From contig JACKFC010000001.1 in the NCBI GenBank assembly GCA_020632665.1, positions 205,893 to 269,892 of the forward strand: a DNA stretch of 64,000 nucleotides. Direction: 5' to 3'. Source of the stretch: Deltaproteobacteria bacterium. Lineage in GTDB: Bacteria > Myxococcota_A > UBA9042. Within the stretch, counting starts at the first letter, position 1; each line of letters starts with the position of its first letter. Below the pieces are notes generated by a model, which ran no database searches, was not told where the DNA came from, and worked only from the letters and a program-made list of their open reading frames with translations. The position numbers and the translations under genes are program-made. Shown here piece after piece: positions 8,251 through 18,277 of the stretch.

Positions 8251-10953
8251 ATGCATCGCCCCCACCATGCCCTGCCCGCTCTGCTGCTGGCGTTGCTCGT
8301 GCTCGCCGGCGCGTGCTCGAGTGGCGAAGACTCCGGAACCCCCGGTGGCAGCGCTGATTCGGGTGGCGGCGGCGGCGGTGGCGGCGTGATCTTCGACGGC
8401 GCGGGCGGTGGCATCGGCACCGGCGACGTCGAGGCCGACTCCGGCGAGACCAGTGGCAACAGCGATACCGGCGGCGGCATCGACAAGGACGCGATCGAGC
8501 CGGGCACCTTCGGCTACCCCTGCCAGGAGAACCAGGACTGCGACTCGGGCCTGTGCATCCCGACCCCGGACGGCAAGGTCTGCACCAAGACCTGCGTGCA
8601 GGACTGCCCGGACGGCTTCAAGTGCAGCGCGGTGACCAACCCCGGCGGCGACATCACCTACCTCTGCGCGCCGCGCTTCGGCCAGCTCTGCGACCCTTGC
8701 AACAGCAACGCCGACTGCAACAGCGAGGGCGACGTCGACAACGTCTGCGTCGCGTTCGGGCCCGACGGTAGCTTCTGCGGCGTCGCTTGCGGTGCCGGGC
8801 AATCGCCCTGCCCGAGCGGCACCGATTGCCAGACCGTGATCGACCCATCGAGCGGCAAATCGACCAAGCAATGCCTACCGACCAGCGGCGAGTGCACCTG
8901 CAGCCCCAAAGCCATCGCGCAATCGCTCGCGACCACCTGCACCAACAAGAACCTCTACGGCTCCTGCAGCGGCACCCGGCGCTGCGGCCCGACCGGCCTC
9001 GGCGCTTGCGAAGCGGCCGTCCCCGCGGCGGAGGAATGCAACGGCGTCGACGACGACTGCGACGGCCAGACCGACAACTTCGACGTCACCGCGAAATGCA
9101 AGAACACCAATGCGTTCGGCACCTGCACCGGGACGCTGACGGCGTGCGTCGACGGCAAGCCGAAGTGCGACGCGCCGACGCCGAAGCCCGAGGTCTGCAA
9201 CGGCATCGACGATGATTGCGACGGCGGCACCGATACCGACGTCGAGACCTGCGACGACGGCAACCCTTGCACCCAGGACCTCTGCAACAACTCGGGCGGC
9301 TGCAAATACGAGCCCTTCAACGGACCGAAATGCGAGGACGGCAACGTCTGCACCGAGAACGACGTCTGCGCCCAGGGCAAATGCCAGGGCGGCCAGCCGC
9401 TCGCCTGCGACGACGGCGACCCGTGCAGCAAGGACGATTGCGCTCCAGCCAGCGGCTGCACGCACAGCCCGACGACCGAGGGCGTCTGCACCGACGACGG
9501 CAACCCCTGCACGCTCGACGTCTGCCAGGCCGGCAAATGCGTCCACGTCGGCGTCGACGACGGCGGGCCTTGCGTCGACGACGGCAACCCGTGCACCAGC
9601 GACGTCTGCCAGAAGGGCGCCTGCACGCACCCGAACGTGACCTTCACCGTGCCCTGCGCCGAGGACGGCAACGAGTGCACCGCCGACGTCTGCGACAAGG
9701 GCGGCTGCACACACCAGCCGCTCGGCGCGGACAAGAGCTGCCTCGAGGATGGCGACGCCTGCACCAACGACGTCTGCATCCTCGGCAAGTGCAGCCACCC
9801 GCCGATCGCCAACGGTCAGCCCTGCCTCGACGACGGTGAGCCGTGCACGCTCGACGCCTGCCAAGGCGGCAAGTGCACCCACCCGGCGGACAACGGCAAG
9901 CCCTGCGCCGAAGACGGCAACCCCTGTACGCAGGACATCTGCCAGAGCGGCAAATGCAGCCACCCGGCCGCCGACAGCAAGCCCTGCGACGACGACAACA
10001 ACCCGTGCAGCAAGGACATCTGCCAAGCGGGCGCGTGCAAGCATCCGGCCAATACCAACGCCAGCTGCGACGACGGCGACCCCTGCACGACGACCGACTA
10101 TTGCGACCTGGGCAACGGCACGGGCGTCTGCAAGGGCATCAACCTGAAGAAGTGCGACGACGGCAATCCGTGCACCTACGATACCTGCACCAAGGGCCAG
10201 GGCTGCACCTACAAAGCCGAGACGGGCAATTTCTGCAATGACGGCAACGTCTGCTCGACCGGCGACGTCTGCCAGAACGGCGTCTGCAAGGGCACCGGCG
10301 GCAAGAGCTGCGACGACGGCAATCCCTGCACCGACGACGGCTGCGACAGCGGCACCGGCGGCTGCAAGTTCACCGCCAACAGCCTGCCCTGCGCCGAGGA
10401 CGGCAACCTCTGCACCGACGATATCTGCGCCGGCAAGACCTGCACCCACCCGAAGAAGGCCGACAAGGCGCCGTGTGCCGACGACGGCAACCCCTGCACC
10501 GACGGCAGCTGCTACAGCGGCGTCTGCAAGCAGGAGAGCAACAACAACGTCTGCAACGACGGCAACGCCTGCACCAGCAACGACAAATGCGTCGGTGGTG
10601 CGTGCAGCGGCACGGCCTTCAAGAACTGCGACGACGGCAACCCCTGCACCCAGGATTCGTGCGACCAATTCGGCCAGTGCACGCACAAGGCGCTCTACGA
10701 CGTGAGCTGCAAGGCGTCCTCGGGTGAGTGCCCGACCGGCATCTGCCAGGGCGGCTCGTGCGTCAGCAAATCGGGTGTGCTCTGCCAGGCCAAGATCGAC
10801 GTCGACCTCTGCTCGAGCGCCAAGGTGCCCGGCCAATGCTCGGCGAGCGGAAAATGCGTCGCGACCACGGTTCCGCCGGAGTATACGTGTCCGGGGTGCA
10901 ACGGAATCTGCGTCAAATGCCTGATCTTCCAGTTCTGCGTCGCGCTCTTCTAG
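8251..10953 (+). CDS. Cys-rich repeat lipoprotein 1 (about 20 copies of a C-x-DDGNPCT-x-D-x-C-x-x-G-x-C-x-H repeat; two CNG-x-DDDCDG motifs)
   Basis: 900-aa ORF with lipobox LLVLAGAC|SSG. Highly regular ~25-aa cysteine repeats resemble the Dictyostelium/slime-mold CTDC-type repeat. CNGVDDDCDGQTD and CNGIDDDCDGGTD are MopE-like metal-binding-type motifs. Confidence 0.85.
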   Translation: MHRPHHALPALLLALLVLAGACSSGEDSGTPGGSADSGGGGGGGGVIFDGAGGGIGTGDVEADSGETSGNSDTGGGIDKDAIEPGTFGYPCQENQDCDSGLCIPTPDGKVCTKTCVQDCPDGFKCSAVTNPGGDITYLCAPRFGQLCDPCNSNADCNSEGDVDNVCVAFGPDGSFCGVACGAGQSPCPSGTDCQTVIDPSSGKSTKQCLPTSGECTCSPKAIAQSLATTCTNKNLYGSCSGTRRCGPTGLGACEAAVPAAEECNGVDDDCDGQTDNFDVTAKCKNTNAFGTCTGTLTACVDGKPKCDAPTPKPEVCNGIDDDCDGGTDTDVETCDDGNPCTQDLCNNSGGCKYEPFNGPKCEDGNVCTENDVCAQGKCQGGQPLACDDGDPCSKDDCAPASGCTHSPTTEGVCTDDGNPCTLDVCQAGKCVHVGVDDGGPCVDDGNPCTSDVCQKGACTHPNVTFTVPCAEDGNECTADVCDKGGCTHQPLGADKSCLEDGDACTNDVCILGKCSHPPIANGQPCLDDGEPCTLDACQGGKCTHPADNGKPCAEDGNPCTQDICQSGKCSHPAADSKPCDDDNNPCSKDICQAGACKHPANTNASCDDGDPCTTTDYCDLGNGTGVCKGINLKKCDDGNPCTYDTCTKGQGCTYKAETGNFCNDGNVCSTGDVCQNGVCKGTGGKSCDDGNPCTDDGCDSGTGGCKFTANSLPCAEDGNLCTDDICAGKTCTHPKKADKAPCADDGNPCTDGSCYSGVCKQESNNNVCNDGNACTSNDKCVGGACSGTAFKNCDDGNPCTQDSCDQFGQCTHKALYDVSCKASSGECPTGICQGGSCVSKSGVLCQAKIDVDLCSSAKVPGQCSASGKCVATTVPPEYTCPGCNGICVKCLIFQFCVALF

Positions 10954-11750
10954 CCTCTGCGCTGACGGCGCTCGTTGGCTGCGCGGCGGAGCGTGGGCGA
11001 CCCGAGGCGTTCGTCTGCCAACCGGCCGCGACGGCGCGGCAGGCCGTGGGGTTGTTGGTCGCCGGTAGCGGCGCGGCGTTGCCCTTGGCGGAGGCGGCGC
11101 AGCTCGAGATCGGCGAGCAGGCCGGGATCGCCTTGCGGATCGCCAGCAGCATAGGCTCGCGCGGCGCGCGGGAGGCGCTCGGCGCCGGAGATATCGATAT
11201 CGCGCTGGCGGCCGAGCCGACCCTGCCGCAGACGCCGGGCGTGCGCTGGACCGCCGTCGCGCGGACCGACGTCGTGCTGGTGACGACGCGCCGCGGTGAG
11301 CTCGCGCCGCTCGACGAGCGGACCTTGGCCGCGGCGATCGCCTCGGCACCACCGCGTTGGTCGGACGGCAGGCCGATGCGGATCTTGCTCCGCCCGACGG
11401 ACGACAGCGGCATGGTCGCGTTGGCACGGAGCCGGCCACGCCTGTACGCGGCGCTCGACGCGGCGCGCGAGGGCGAAGACGTCCAGATCCTCGACACCGA
11501 CCAGGAGATGGCCCGCGCCCTGCGCGCCACCACCGACGCCATCGGCCTGCTCGACCGCGGGATGCTGGGCTTGCTGCAGGTCCCGGCGTGGCCGATCGAC
11601 GCCGGCGCGAGGGGGCCGAGTGCGCAGCGCGTCGTCGCCGTCGGCGTCCGGGTCGATGCTGGCGCGGAGGTGCGCAACGCCGCCGAGGCGCTGATCGCCG
11701 CGATGCGGACCCGGGCCGAGCGGGAGGCGGGCTATGGCGCCCTCCGCTGA
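10917..11750 (+). CDS. Periplasmic substrate-binding protein (PstS/PBP2-like), lipoprotein
   Basis: In-frame ATG at 10917 gives MPDLPVLRRALLASALTALVGC|AAE (lipobox). LVAGSGAALPLAE...IASSIGSRGAREALGAGDIDIALAAEP matches type-2 binding-protein architecture. The 5' end overlaps the preceding gene by 37 nt, and the 3' end overlaps the kinase gene. Confidence 0.65.
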   Translation: MPDLPVLRRALLASALTALVGCAAERGRPEAFVCQPAATARQAVGLLVAGSGAALPLAEAAQLEIGEQAGIALRIASSIGSRGAREALGAGDIDIALAAEPTLPQTPGVRWTAVARTDVVLVTTRRGELAPLDERTLAAAIASAPPRWSDGRPMRILLRPTDDSGMVALARSRPRLYAALDAAREGEDVQILDTDQEMARALRATTDAIGLLDRGMLGLLQVPAWPIDAGARGPSAQRVVAVGVRVDAGAEVRNAAEALIAAMRTRAEREAGYGALR

Positions 11751-12924
11751 ATCGGGCGCGGTCCGCCGCCTGCCGTGGCTCGCGGTGCTGGTCGGGCTGG
11801 CGATCGCCGTGCCGCCGCCGCTGCTGACCTGGGCAGCGAGCTGGCGCGGGCTCGGCGACCAGGCGCAATCGCTGGCATTCGCCGTTGCGACCGACCTCGA
11901 GACGGCACGGCGCAACGAACCTCGGCTCTGGCGCTACACCGCACCGAAGCAGGTCGCGCGGACGATGCGCGGCCCGGCGGCGGTCGGCGTCCGGAGCGTG
12001 GAGGTCCTGGCCTGCGACGGCAGCAGCCTGCACCGCACCAGCCGGGCAGAGGGCGGCCGGGTCGGCCCTGCCGCCTTCGCCGCGGTGGGTGCGCCGGCGG
12101 CGCTGGGCTGGGTCCGGGTCGAGTTGGACGGCACGCCGGCGCTGCGGATGAGCGGGACGGTCGCCGTCTTCGCCGCGATCCTGGCGCTGCTGGCCGTGGC
12201 CTTGTTGTGGTTCGGCCCCTTCGCCCGGATCCGCGAAGAAGCCACCGCCCGCGCCGCCGAGGTCGAAGCCGCCGTGGCGCAGGTGCGCGCCTTGGGGCGG
12301 GCCAGCCTGCGGGCGGTCGAGGCAGAGCGGAACCGCATCGCGCGCGATCTGCACGACGACCTGGGCCAGCAGCTCACGGCGATCCGGCTCTCGCTCGAAG
12401 CCGACCCACCCGAGCCAGCGGCCGTGGCGCGGGCGCGCGATCGCCTCGACGAGGCCAATACCGCGATGCGGGCGGTGGTCGCGGATCTGCGGCCGGCGGG
12501 GCTCTCGGAAGATCGCGTCGCCGGCACCCTCGACGCGGCCTGCAGCCGCTTCGAGGAGGCACACGGTGTGGCGGTCCTCTTCCGCCACGACGGACCGGAG
12601 CTGCACGACGCGGTGATCGCCGCGGCCTTGCTGCGTGTCCTGCGCGAAGCGCTGCACAACGCCCGGCGCCACGGCGAGGCCGAAGAGATCGCCGTCCGCC
12701 TCGCGATCGACGACGACGAGCTGCGGCTGGCGATCCACGACGACGGCAGCGGTCTGCCCCCGGGCGTCGATCCGCTGGCGCTCGGCCGAGGGCTGGCCGG
12801 GCTGCGGCAACGATTGGCCTTGTTGGGTGGCGATTTGACCTTGGCCAGCCGCGATGGTGATGGTGTGCGGGTGCAAGCCCGGCTGCCAGCGGCGGCGCGG
12901 GCGGCACACGGGAGCCGAGCATGA
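11734..12924 (+). CDS. Sensor histidine kinase (HisKA_3/NarX-DegS type)
   Basis: 396-aa ORF with two TM segments flanking a ~110-aa periplasmic region. H-box ERNRIARDLHDDLGQQLTAIRL. HATPase_c motifs (HNARRHG..., DDGSGLP, GRGLAGLRQR). Confidence 0.9.
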   Translation: MAPSAESGAVRRLPWLAVLVGLAIAVPPPLLTWAASWRGLGDQAQSLAFAVATDLETARRNEPRLWRYTAPKQVARTMRGPAAVGVRSVEVLACDGSSLHRTSRAEGGRVGPAAFAAVGAPAALGWVRVELDGTPALRMSGTVAVFAAILALLAVALLWFGPFARIREEATARAAEVEAAVAQVRALGRASLRAVEAERNRIARDLHDDLGQQLTAIRLSLEADPPEPAAVARARDRLDEANTAMRAVVADLRPAGLSEDRVAGTLDAACSRFEEAHGVAVLFRHDGPELHDAVIAAALLRVLREALHNARRHGEAEEIAVRLAIDDDELRLAIHDDGSGLPPGVDPLALGRGLAGLRQRLALLGGDLTLASRDGDGVRVQARLPAAARAAHGSRA

Positions 12925-13586
12925 GCAAGACGGGCACGATTCGCGTCGGCTTGGTCGACGACCACGCCATCCTGCGGGAGGGTCTCGGCATCGTGCTGGG
13001 CAACGCCGCGGATATCGAATTGGTCGGCGAGGCCGGGTCGGTCAGCGAAGCGCGGCAAGCGATCGGCGCGTGGGCGGCGGACGTCGTCCTGCTCGACCTC
13101 TCGCTCGGCGACGGCCACGGCAGCGAGCTGCTCGAGATCCAGGGGCCGCGCTACGTCGTCCTCTCGATGGTCGATGATCCCGGCACGGTCGCGCGGGTGC
13201 TGCGCGGCGGCGCGGCCGGCTACGTGCTCAAGGGGCGAGGCTCGGACCGGCTGCTGGCGGCGATCCGCGCCGCGCATCGCGGCGAAACCTGGCTCGACGA
13301 GGCGATCGCGGGCCACGTTCTGCGCGGCTTCCTCGGCGAGGCGACGGACCCCGCGCCCGAGGCCGATCCGCTCACGCCGCGGGAGCGCGAGATCGTCGCG
13401 TTCGTCGCGGCGGGTTGGACCAGTCGAGAGATCGCCGCCGAGCTCGGCGTCGCGACCAAGACGGTGCAGAACCATCGCAGCAACCTGCTCGACAAGCTGG
13501 GCCTGCGGACCACGGCCGCGCTGGTGCGCTGGGCGCTGGACCGCGACCTCGCGAGTCCGCGCCGCCCGCCCGACGACAAGCGCTAG
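12921..13586 (+). CDS. NarL/LuxR-family response regulator
   Basis: 221-aa ORF with a 4-nt overlap with the kinase gene. Receiver domain (VGLVDDH...VVLLDLSLGDG). C-terminal LuxR HTH LTPREREIVAFVAAGWTSREIAAELGVATKTVQNHRSNLLDKLG. Confidence 0.92.
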   Translation: MSKTGTIRVGLVDDHAILREGLGIVLGNAADIELVGEAGSVSEARQAIGAWAADVVLLDLSLGDGHGSELLEIQGPRYVVLSMVDDPGTVARVLRGGAAGYVLKGRGSDRLLAAIRAAHRGETWLDEAIAGHVLRGFLGEATDPAPEADPLTPREREIVAFVAAGWTSREIAAELGVATKTVQNHRSNLLDKLGLRTTAALVRWALDRDLASPRRPPDDKR

Positions 13587-13729
13587 CGCCCCCGGACAGG
13601 ACCGGCGGACCGGGAAGTTCTCCCGCGCCTTTCCGGGCACTGGGCCCATATGACATCTGGTTGCCAACGGTATACTGCGGGCCCCTCAGCGGCACCGCGG
13701 CAGCGGACCGTGCTCCTCGGAGTCTCCCG

Positions 13730-16027
13730 ATGTTCGGACGGACGCGTCTCTCGCGCATGTGTGCGCTCCTGCCCGCAGCGACCTTGCTCGTGCTCGCCTG
13801 CCCCGCTCTGGCCCAGCCCGGCCCGGACGGCGACGGCGCCGGGGAGCCATCGCCCGCCTACGGAGCGCCACACGACGCCGAAGCCGCAGCCGAGACCACC
13901 GATCCGATCGTGGTGGCGCCGCGCCGCAGCGGCCAGCCGCGCTTCGAGGCGCCGGCGAGCGTCGAGCGGGTCGACGGTCGCCGCGGGCGAGAGATGGGCG
14001 CACGCACCGCGCCAGAGATGCTCGAAGAGTCCACCGGCGTCGCGGTGCAGGCGACCAACCGGGGCGCCGGCGCGCCGATCCTGCGCGGCCTGATCGGCCC
14101 CTCGAACCTGCTCGTGGTCGACGGCCTGCGCTACCACCAATCGACCTGGCGCACGGGCCCGAACCAATACCTGGCCACGCTCGACCCCTCGACCTTCGGC
14201 GCGATCGAGGTCGTCCTCGGCCCGGCGAGCGTCACCTACGGCTCGGGCGCGATGGGCGGCGTGCTCGCCGTGGTGCCGCTGCAGCTGCCCAAGGGCGACG
14301 GCTACGGCGCGCAGGCGTCGTTGCGCCTCAGCAGCGCCGACCTCGCGACCGAGGCCTGGGGTCAAGCGTCCTACCGCAAAGGCGCGCTCGGTGTGACGCT
14401 CGGCGGCGGCTACCGGCGCTTCGGTGAGCTGCGGACCGGCGGCGGCGAGACCGCGCCGATCAGCGACTTCGGTCAGGTCGGATATACGCTGCGGCTCGGC
14501 TACGACCTCGGCAAGCGCACCGAGCTCCGCGTCTCCTGGCTCGGCAGCCGCATCGACGACGCCGGCCGCGCCGATCAGATCGACAAGGCCGATATGCGTT
14601 GGTACGACAACGCCGACGATATGGGCTGGATCGAGCTGCGACACCGCGGCACCGGGATGCTGGACTCGGTGCGCGTCGCCGCGTCGATGCACCGCAGCGA
14701 CGAGACCGTCGATCGGCTGCGCTGCAAGGTCAGCGACATCACAGCCGAGCGGGCGAGCTGCATCGAGGCCGGCCGGGCGATGCACGACGACGAGAGCGTC
14801 GCCCCGAGCGGCCCGCTGCAGCGACAGAATCAGAACCAGGACACGGTGCTCACCCTCGGCGGCCTGCTGCAGGCCTCGCTGAAGCCGCTGGCCGGCGCCC
14901 GCCGCGACGACCTGCTGCTCGACGTCGGCGGCGAGCTGTGGAGCGACGGCGTCGGCGTCTCGACCGCGCGCGAGCGCCGGACGGACAAGGACGATTGGAC
15001 GTGGGCCGACGCGTCGCGCGGCAACTTCTCCGAGGGCTCGCGCTGGACCGAGCTCGGCGCCTTCGCCCGCGCCGAGTACAAGCTGACCAAGATCGGCGGG
15101 GGCACGCTCTGGCTCGACGCCGGTGGCCGCTTCGCGCATTTCCGCGCCCACGCCGGCGACGTCCCGGGCCTGGGCGATATCGACTACGTCGCCTCGGGCG
15201 CGGTCGGCTCCGGCGCGCTGCGCCTGCTGATGCCGACGTGGATGGCCTACGCCTCGTTCGCCCAGGGCTTCCGCGCGCCGAACCTGCAGGAGACCACGAC
15301 GCTCGGCGATACCGGCAGCACCTTCGAGGTGCCCAACGCCGACCTCGGCCCCGAGCGCAGCAATAGCGTCGAGCTCGGCGCGCGGACGCGGCTGGCCCGC
15401 CTCGAGCTGCACGGCGCGCTCTGGTACAGCCAGCTCACCGACGCGATCGATTCACGCGAGGTGCCGGCGTCGGAATTCGGCGATTTCGGCATCGACGCCG
15501 GCGCGATCGGCAGCAAGCCGGTGCGCCAGCGGATCAACGCCGCCGGGGCGACGCTCTTCGGCGCCCAGCTGGCCGGCACGCTGCGCTTGGGCGCGCTCTC
15601 GCCGTGGGCGCGGCTGGCGTGGATGCAGGGCGACGTCGAGCAGGACGACGGCAGCACCGTGCCCTACCGCCGGATTCCAGCGCTCTCCGGTGCGGCCGGC
15701 CTGCGTTGGGAGCAGGGCGACCTGCGGATCGAGGCGTTCACGCGCTTCGCCGCGACGCAAGATCGCCTCCACCCCTCGGACGAGAGCGATCTACGCATCT
15801 GCGCCGACCCCGATGCCCCCGGCAAGACCTACAAGGACGGCGGCGCGAGCTGCCCGGGTACGCCCGGTTGGGCCGACGTCGGGCTGCGCGCGGGCTACCG
15901 CTTCAGCCGCAACCTCCGGCTCGACGCCGTCGCGCGGAACCTGCTCGACCAGAACTACCGGGTCCACGGATCGGGTTTCGACGCGCCCGGTATCGGCGGC
16001 TCGCTGGCCGTCTCCGGCCGCTTCTGA
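13730..16027 (+). CDS. TonB-dependent outer-membrane receptor
   Basis: In-frame ATG at 13730 gives the signal peptide MFGRTRLSRMCALLPAATLLVLACPALAQP. Plug-domain motifs (VERVDG..., GVAVQATNRGAGAPILRGL, VVDGLRY). Long beta-barrel region ending in ...AVSGRF (terminal Phe). Confidence 0.88.
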   Translation: MFGRTRLSRMCALLPAATLLVLACPALAQPGPDGDGAGEPSPAYGAPHDAEAAAETTDPIVVAPRRSGQPRFEAPASVERVDGRRGREMGARTAPEMLEESTGVAVQATNRGAGAPILRGLIGPSNLLVVDGLRYHQSTWRTGPNQYLATLDPSTFGAIEVVLGPASVTYGSGAMGGVLAVVPLQLPKGDGYGAQASLRLSSADLATEAWGQASYRKGALGVTLGGGYRRFGELRTGGGETAPISDFGQVGYTLRLGYDLGKRTELRVSWLGSRIDDAGRADQIDKADMRWYDNADDMGWIELRHRGTGMLDSVRVAASMHRSDETVDRLRCKVSDITAERASCIEAGRAMHDDESVAPSGPLQRQNQNQDTVLTLGGLLQASLKPLAGARRDDLLLDVGGELWSDGVGVSTARERRTDKDDWTWADASRGNFSEGSRWTELGAFARAEYKLTKIGGGTLWLDAGGRFAHFRAHAGDVPGLGDIDYVASGAVGSGALRLLMPTWMAYASFAQGFRAPNLQETTTLGDTGSTFEVPNADLGPERSNSVELGARTRLARLELHGALWYSQLTDAIDSREVPASEFGDFGIDAGAIGSKPVRQRINAAGATLFGAQLAGTLRLGALSPWARLAWMQGDVEQDDGSTVPYRRIPALSGAAGLRWEQGDLRIEAFTRFAATQDRLHPSDESDLRICADPDAPGKTYKDGGASCPGTPGWADVGLRAGYRFSRNLRLDAVARNLLDQNYRVHGSGFDAPGIGGSLAVSGRF

Positions 16028-16162
16028 GATCGGAGAGGCGCTGCCAGACAGCAAGAAAAGCATCGGTTTTCCAAGGCTTGTCGCACGACGAGGCGGCTTG
16101 ACACCCCGAATCGGGGCGCGGCATCCTCCGCCGCCCGCGACGGGGGCCTGCAGGAGGGCGAT

Positions 16163-16819
16163 TTGAGCACGCGTCAACAAGCGGTGGTCCTCGGCAAGGG
16201 CGAGCTCGCCATCCAGGCTGCGGATTGGTTCCTCCGCAGCGCGGACTACGATCTGCTCGCCGTCGTGCCGGTGGTGCCGGAGCCGACCTTCGTCGCTTCG
16301 CTGACCGCGTGGGCGGAGAAGAACGGCGTCCGCGTGATCTCGTCGGGCCACTACCGCGACCTGCTGCAGCCGGGCGAGCCCGCGATCGACCTCGCGGTCT
16401 CGACCTTCTACGACAAGATCATCCGGGCCAACTTCATCGACGCGTGCGGCCGGATCATCAACGTCCACAACGGCCCGCTGCCGCGCTACCGCGGAGTTCG
16501 GCCGATCAACTGGGCCTTGAAGAACGGCGAGCGCGAGCACGGCGTGACGATTCATGAGATCACGCCCGGCGTCGACGACGGGCCGATCATCAGCCAGGTC
16601 CGCTTCAGCATCGATCCGGAGATCGACGAGGTGGCCGACGTCTATCAACGCGCGCTCGCCTTCGGCTGGACGCTGCTGGCGCAGACGTTGCCGCGGCTGG
16701 ATCGGATGCCCGCGACCGAGCAGGACCACACGCTGGCGACATTCTACCACTCGCGTGACAACCACCTGCTCGGCGACCGCAGCACGCTCACGCGTGCCGA
16801 CTATCAAGCCGATTCATGA
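16163..16819 (+). CDS. Formyltransferase (Fmt-N-domain type), probable sugar N-formyltransferase
   Basis: 218-aa ORF with a TTG start 5 nt after GGAGGG. Catalytic region IINVHNGPLPRYRGVRPINWALKNGEREHGVTIHEITPGVDDGPII carries the Asn-His...Asp formyltransferase signature. It has no tRNA-binding C-domain and sits in a dTDP-amino-sugar cluster. Confidence 0.8.
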   Translation: MSTRQQAVVLGKGELAIQAADWFLRSADYDLLAVVPVVPEPTFVASLTAWAEKNGVRVISSGHYRDLLQPGEPAIDLAVSTFYDKIIRANFIDACGRIINVHNGPLPRYRGVRPINWALKNGEREHGVTIHEITPGVDDGPIISQVRFSIDPEIDEVADVYQRALAFGWTLLAQTLPRLDRMPATEQDHTLATFYHSRDNHLLGDRSTLTRADYQADS

Positions 16820-18162
16820 GCGGGCCGGGGCGGCTGCTGCGGCGATTCCCCGGGGCGCGACAGGCCTGGCGAAGGGTGCGAAGGGCCGCGCTGCGTGCAC
16901 ACGCCTATCGACGGGCGCCTTTGTTGTGGGCTCCGGCCGCTGGCGGCTTGCTCCGAGCCGAGATCGTCGGCCTCGACGGCCTGATCGCTGCTGCGGCAGC
17001 TGGCCAGGTCGAGGTCCTGCAGCGGAGCCCTGCGCGGCGCACGACCTGCGGCGTGGGCTTCGTCTCGCGCAGCGGCTCGGAGCTCCCCGCGGCGCTGCCG
17101 CCGCTCGAGGTGGTCCCCGGCCCCGATCAGTACGTCGCCCGGATCGCCGACGCCACCATCATCGGCGGCTCCAGCCTGCGGCTGATCGGTGATCCGCGGC
17201 GGCAGGCGTGGGCGCTGCACGATCTCCACGGCCAGGACCGCGGCCGCCGCTTCTTGCTGACCGACGGCGCGACGCGGCAATGCGTCGGGATGCGGTGCGA
17301 GCTGCTCCCGCCGCTCGACGGGACCGCGGCGCAGTCGCTGCCGAACGGGATCGCGCTCACCCTCAACTACGGCTGGAACTACTACCACTTCGTCTTCGAG
17401 GTCCTGTGTCGGATCCGCGCCGTCGAGGCCCTCGGGCTGCCGCCGTCGGTGCCGTGGCTGGTCGACGCGACGACGCTGGAGGTCCCGGCCTTCCGCGCCC
17501 TCTTCGAGGCGGTCGATCGCGAGCGCCGTCCCGTGGTCTGCGTCGCCAAGGGCGCCTGGTGCCACGTCGAGGAGCTTTACGTTGTCGGCGATCCGCATCG
17601 CATCCCGGCCAACCACCGCCGCGTGGATCGGATGCGCGCCGACGACCACGCCTTCGACGCCGCGTCGCTGGTCTGGTTGCGGGAGCGCCTGCTACCGCTG
17701 GCCCGCCGGCGCGACGACCTGCCGCGGCGGATCTACCTCTCGCGCTCGCGCGCCAGCGTCCGGCGCCGCTTCAACGAGGCGGATCTGCTGCCGGCACTGG
17801 AGCGACACGGCTTCGTCAGCGTCGCACCGGAGACCCTCGACGTCTTCGAGCAGATCGGCCTCTTCGCCGGCGCCGAGGCGGTCGTCGGCGGCTCTGGCGC
17901 GGCGTTCACCAACCTCGCCTTCGCGTCGCCGGGTTGCCACGCGCTGGTCTTCGCCCGCGAGCAGCTGCAGGCGACCTTCTTCGCGCCCTATGCCCGGCAA
18001 TGCGACGTGCGCCTCGCCTATCTCACCGAGCGGGAGGGGCCGCCCGAGCTCTACGCGACGCTGCACGAGGCGTTTCGGCTCGACCCGGCCCGCGTCGACG
18101 CTGCACTGGGCGCGATCGTCGACGCCATCGAGGGCGGTGGCGCGGCGTCGGCGAGACGGTGA
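16816..18162 (+). CDS. Glycosyltransferase family 61 (DUF563-type)
   Basis: 448-aa ORF with an ATGA overlap with the formyltransferase gene. Motifs NYYHFVFEVLCRI, IYLSRSRASVRRRFNEADLLPALERHGF, FEQIGLFAGAEAVVGGSGAAFTNLAF. Confidence 0.75.
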   Translation: MSGPGRLLRRFPGARQAWRRVRRAALRAHAYRRAPLLWAPAAGGLLRAEIVGLDGLIAAAAAGQVEVLQRSPARRTTCGVGFVSRSGSELPAALPPLEVVPGPDQYVARIADATIIGGSSLRLIGDPRRQAWALHDLHGQDRGRRFLLTDGATRQCVGMRCELLPPLDGTAAQSLPNGIALTLNYGWNYYHFVFEVLCRIRAVEALGLPPSVPWLVDATTLEVPAFRALFEAVDRERRPVVCVAKGAWCHVEELYVVGDPHRIPANHRRVDRMRADDHAFDAASLVWLRERLLPLARRRDDLPRRIYLSRSRASVRRRFNEADLLPALERHGFVSVAPETLDVFEQIGLFAGAEAVVGGSGAAFTNLAFASPGCHALVFAREQLQATFFAPYARQCDVRLAYLTEREGPPELYATLHEAFRLDPARVDAALGAIVDAIEGGGAASARR

Positions 18163-18277
18163 CGCGGCAGCGCCCGTGGTGTAGCGTCCGCCGTCCGCGC
18201 GCCGGGGATGATCCTGGCCCGGCCGCGCAACAACCCAAGGGGACTCGCCGACAGGACGGCGACGCAGTGGAGCAGGC

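Noticed and set aside
4392-8507. 1371-aa minus-strand ORF
   Set aside because: It runs antisense to the S41 peptidase, PEGA and Cys-repeat genes. It is a low-complexity Ala/Gly/Arg/Asp/Leu translation with no motifs and no signal for a start.
8875-12909. 1344-aa minus-strand ORF
   Set aside because: It runs antisense to Cys-rich lipoprotein 1, the binding protein and the kinase. Its repetitive Ala/Val/Gly text simply mirrors the cysteine-repeat gene on the other strand.
13587-13729. Possible riboswitch (e.g. cobalamin) in the leader of the TonB-dependent receptor gene
   Set aside because: I could not find a B12-box-like core or any other riboswitch signature that I can recognise. Only weak promoter-like hexamers are present. 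This needs a covariance-model scan to settle.
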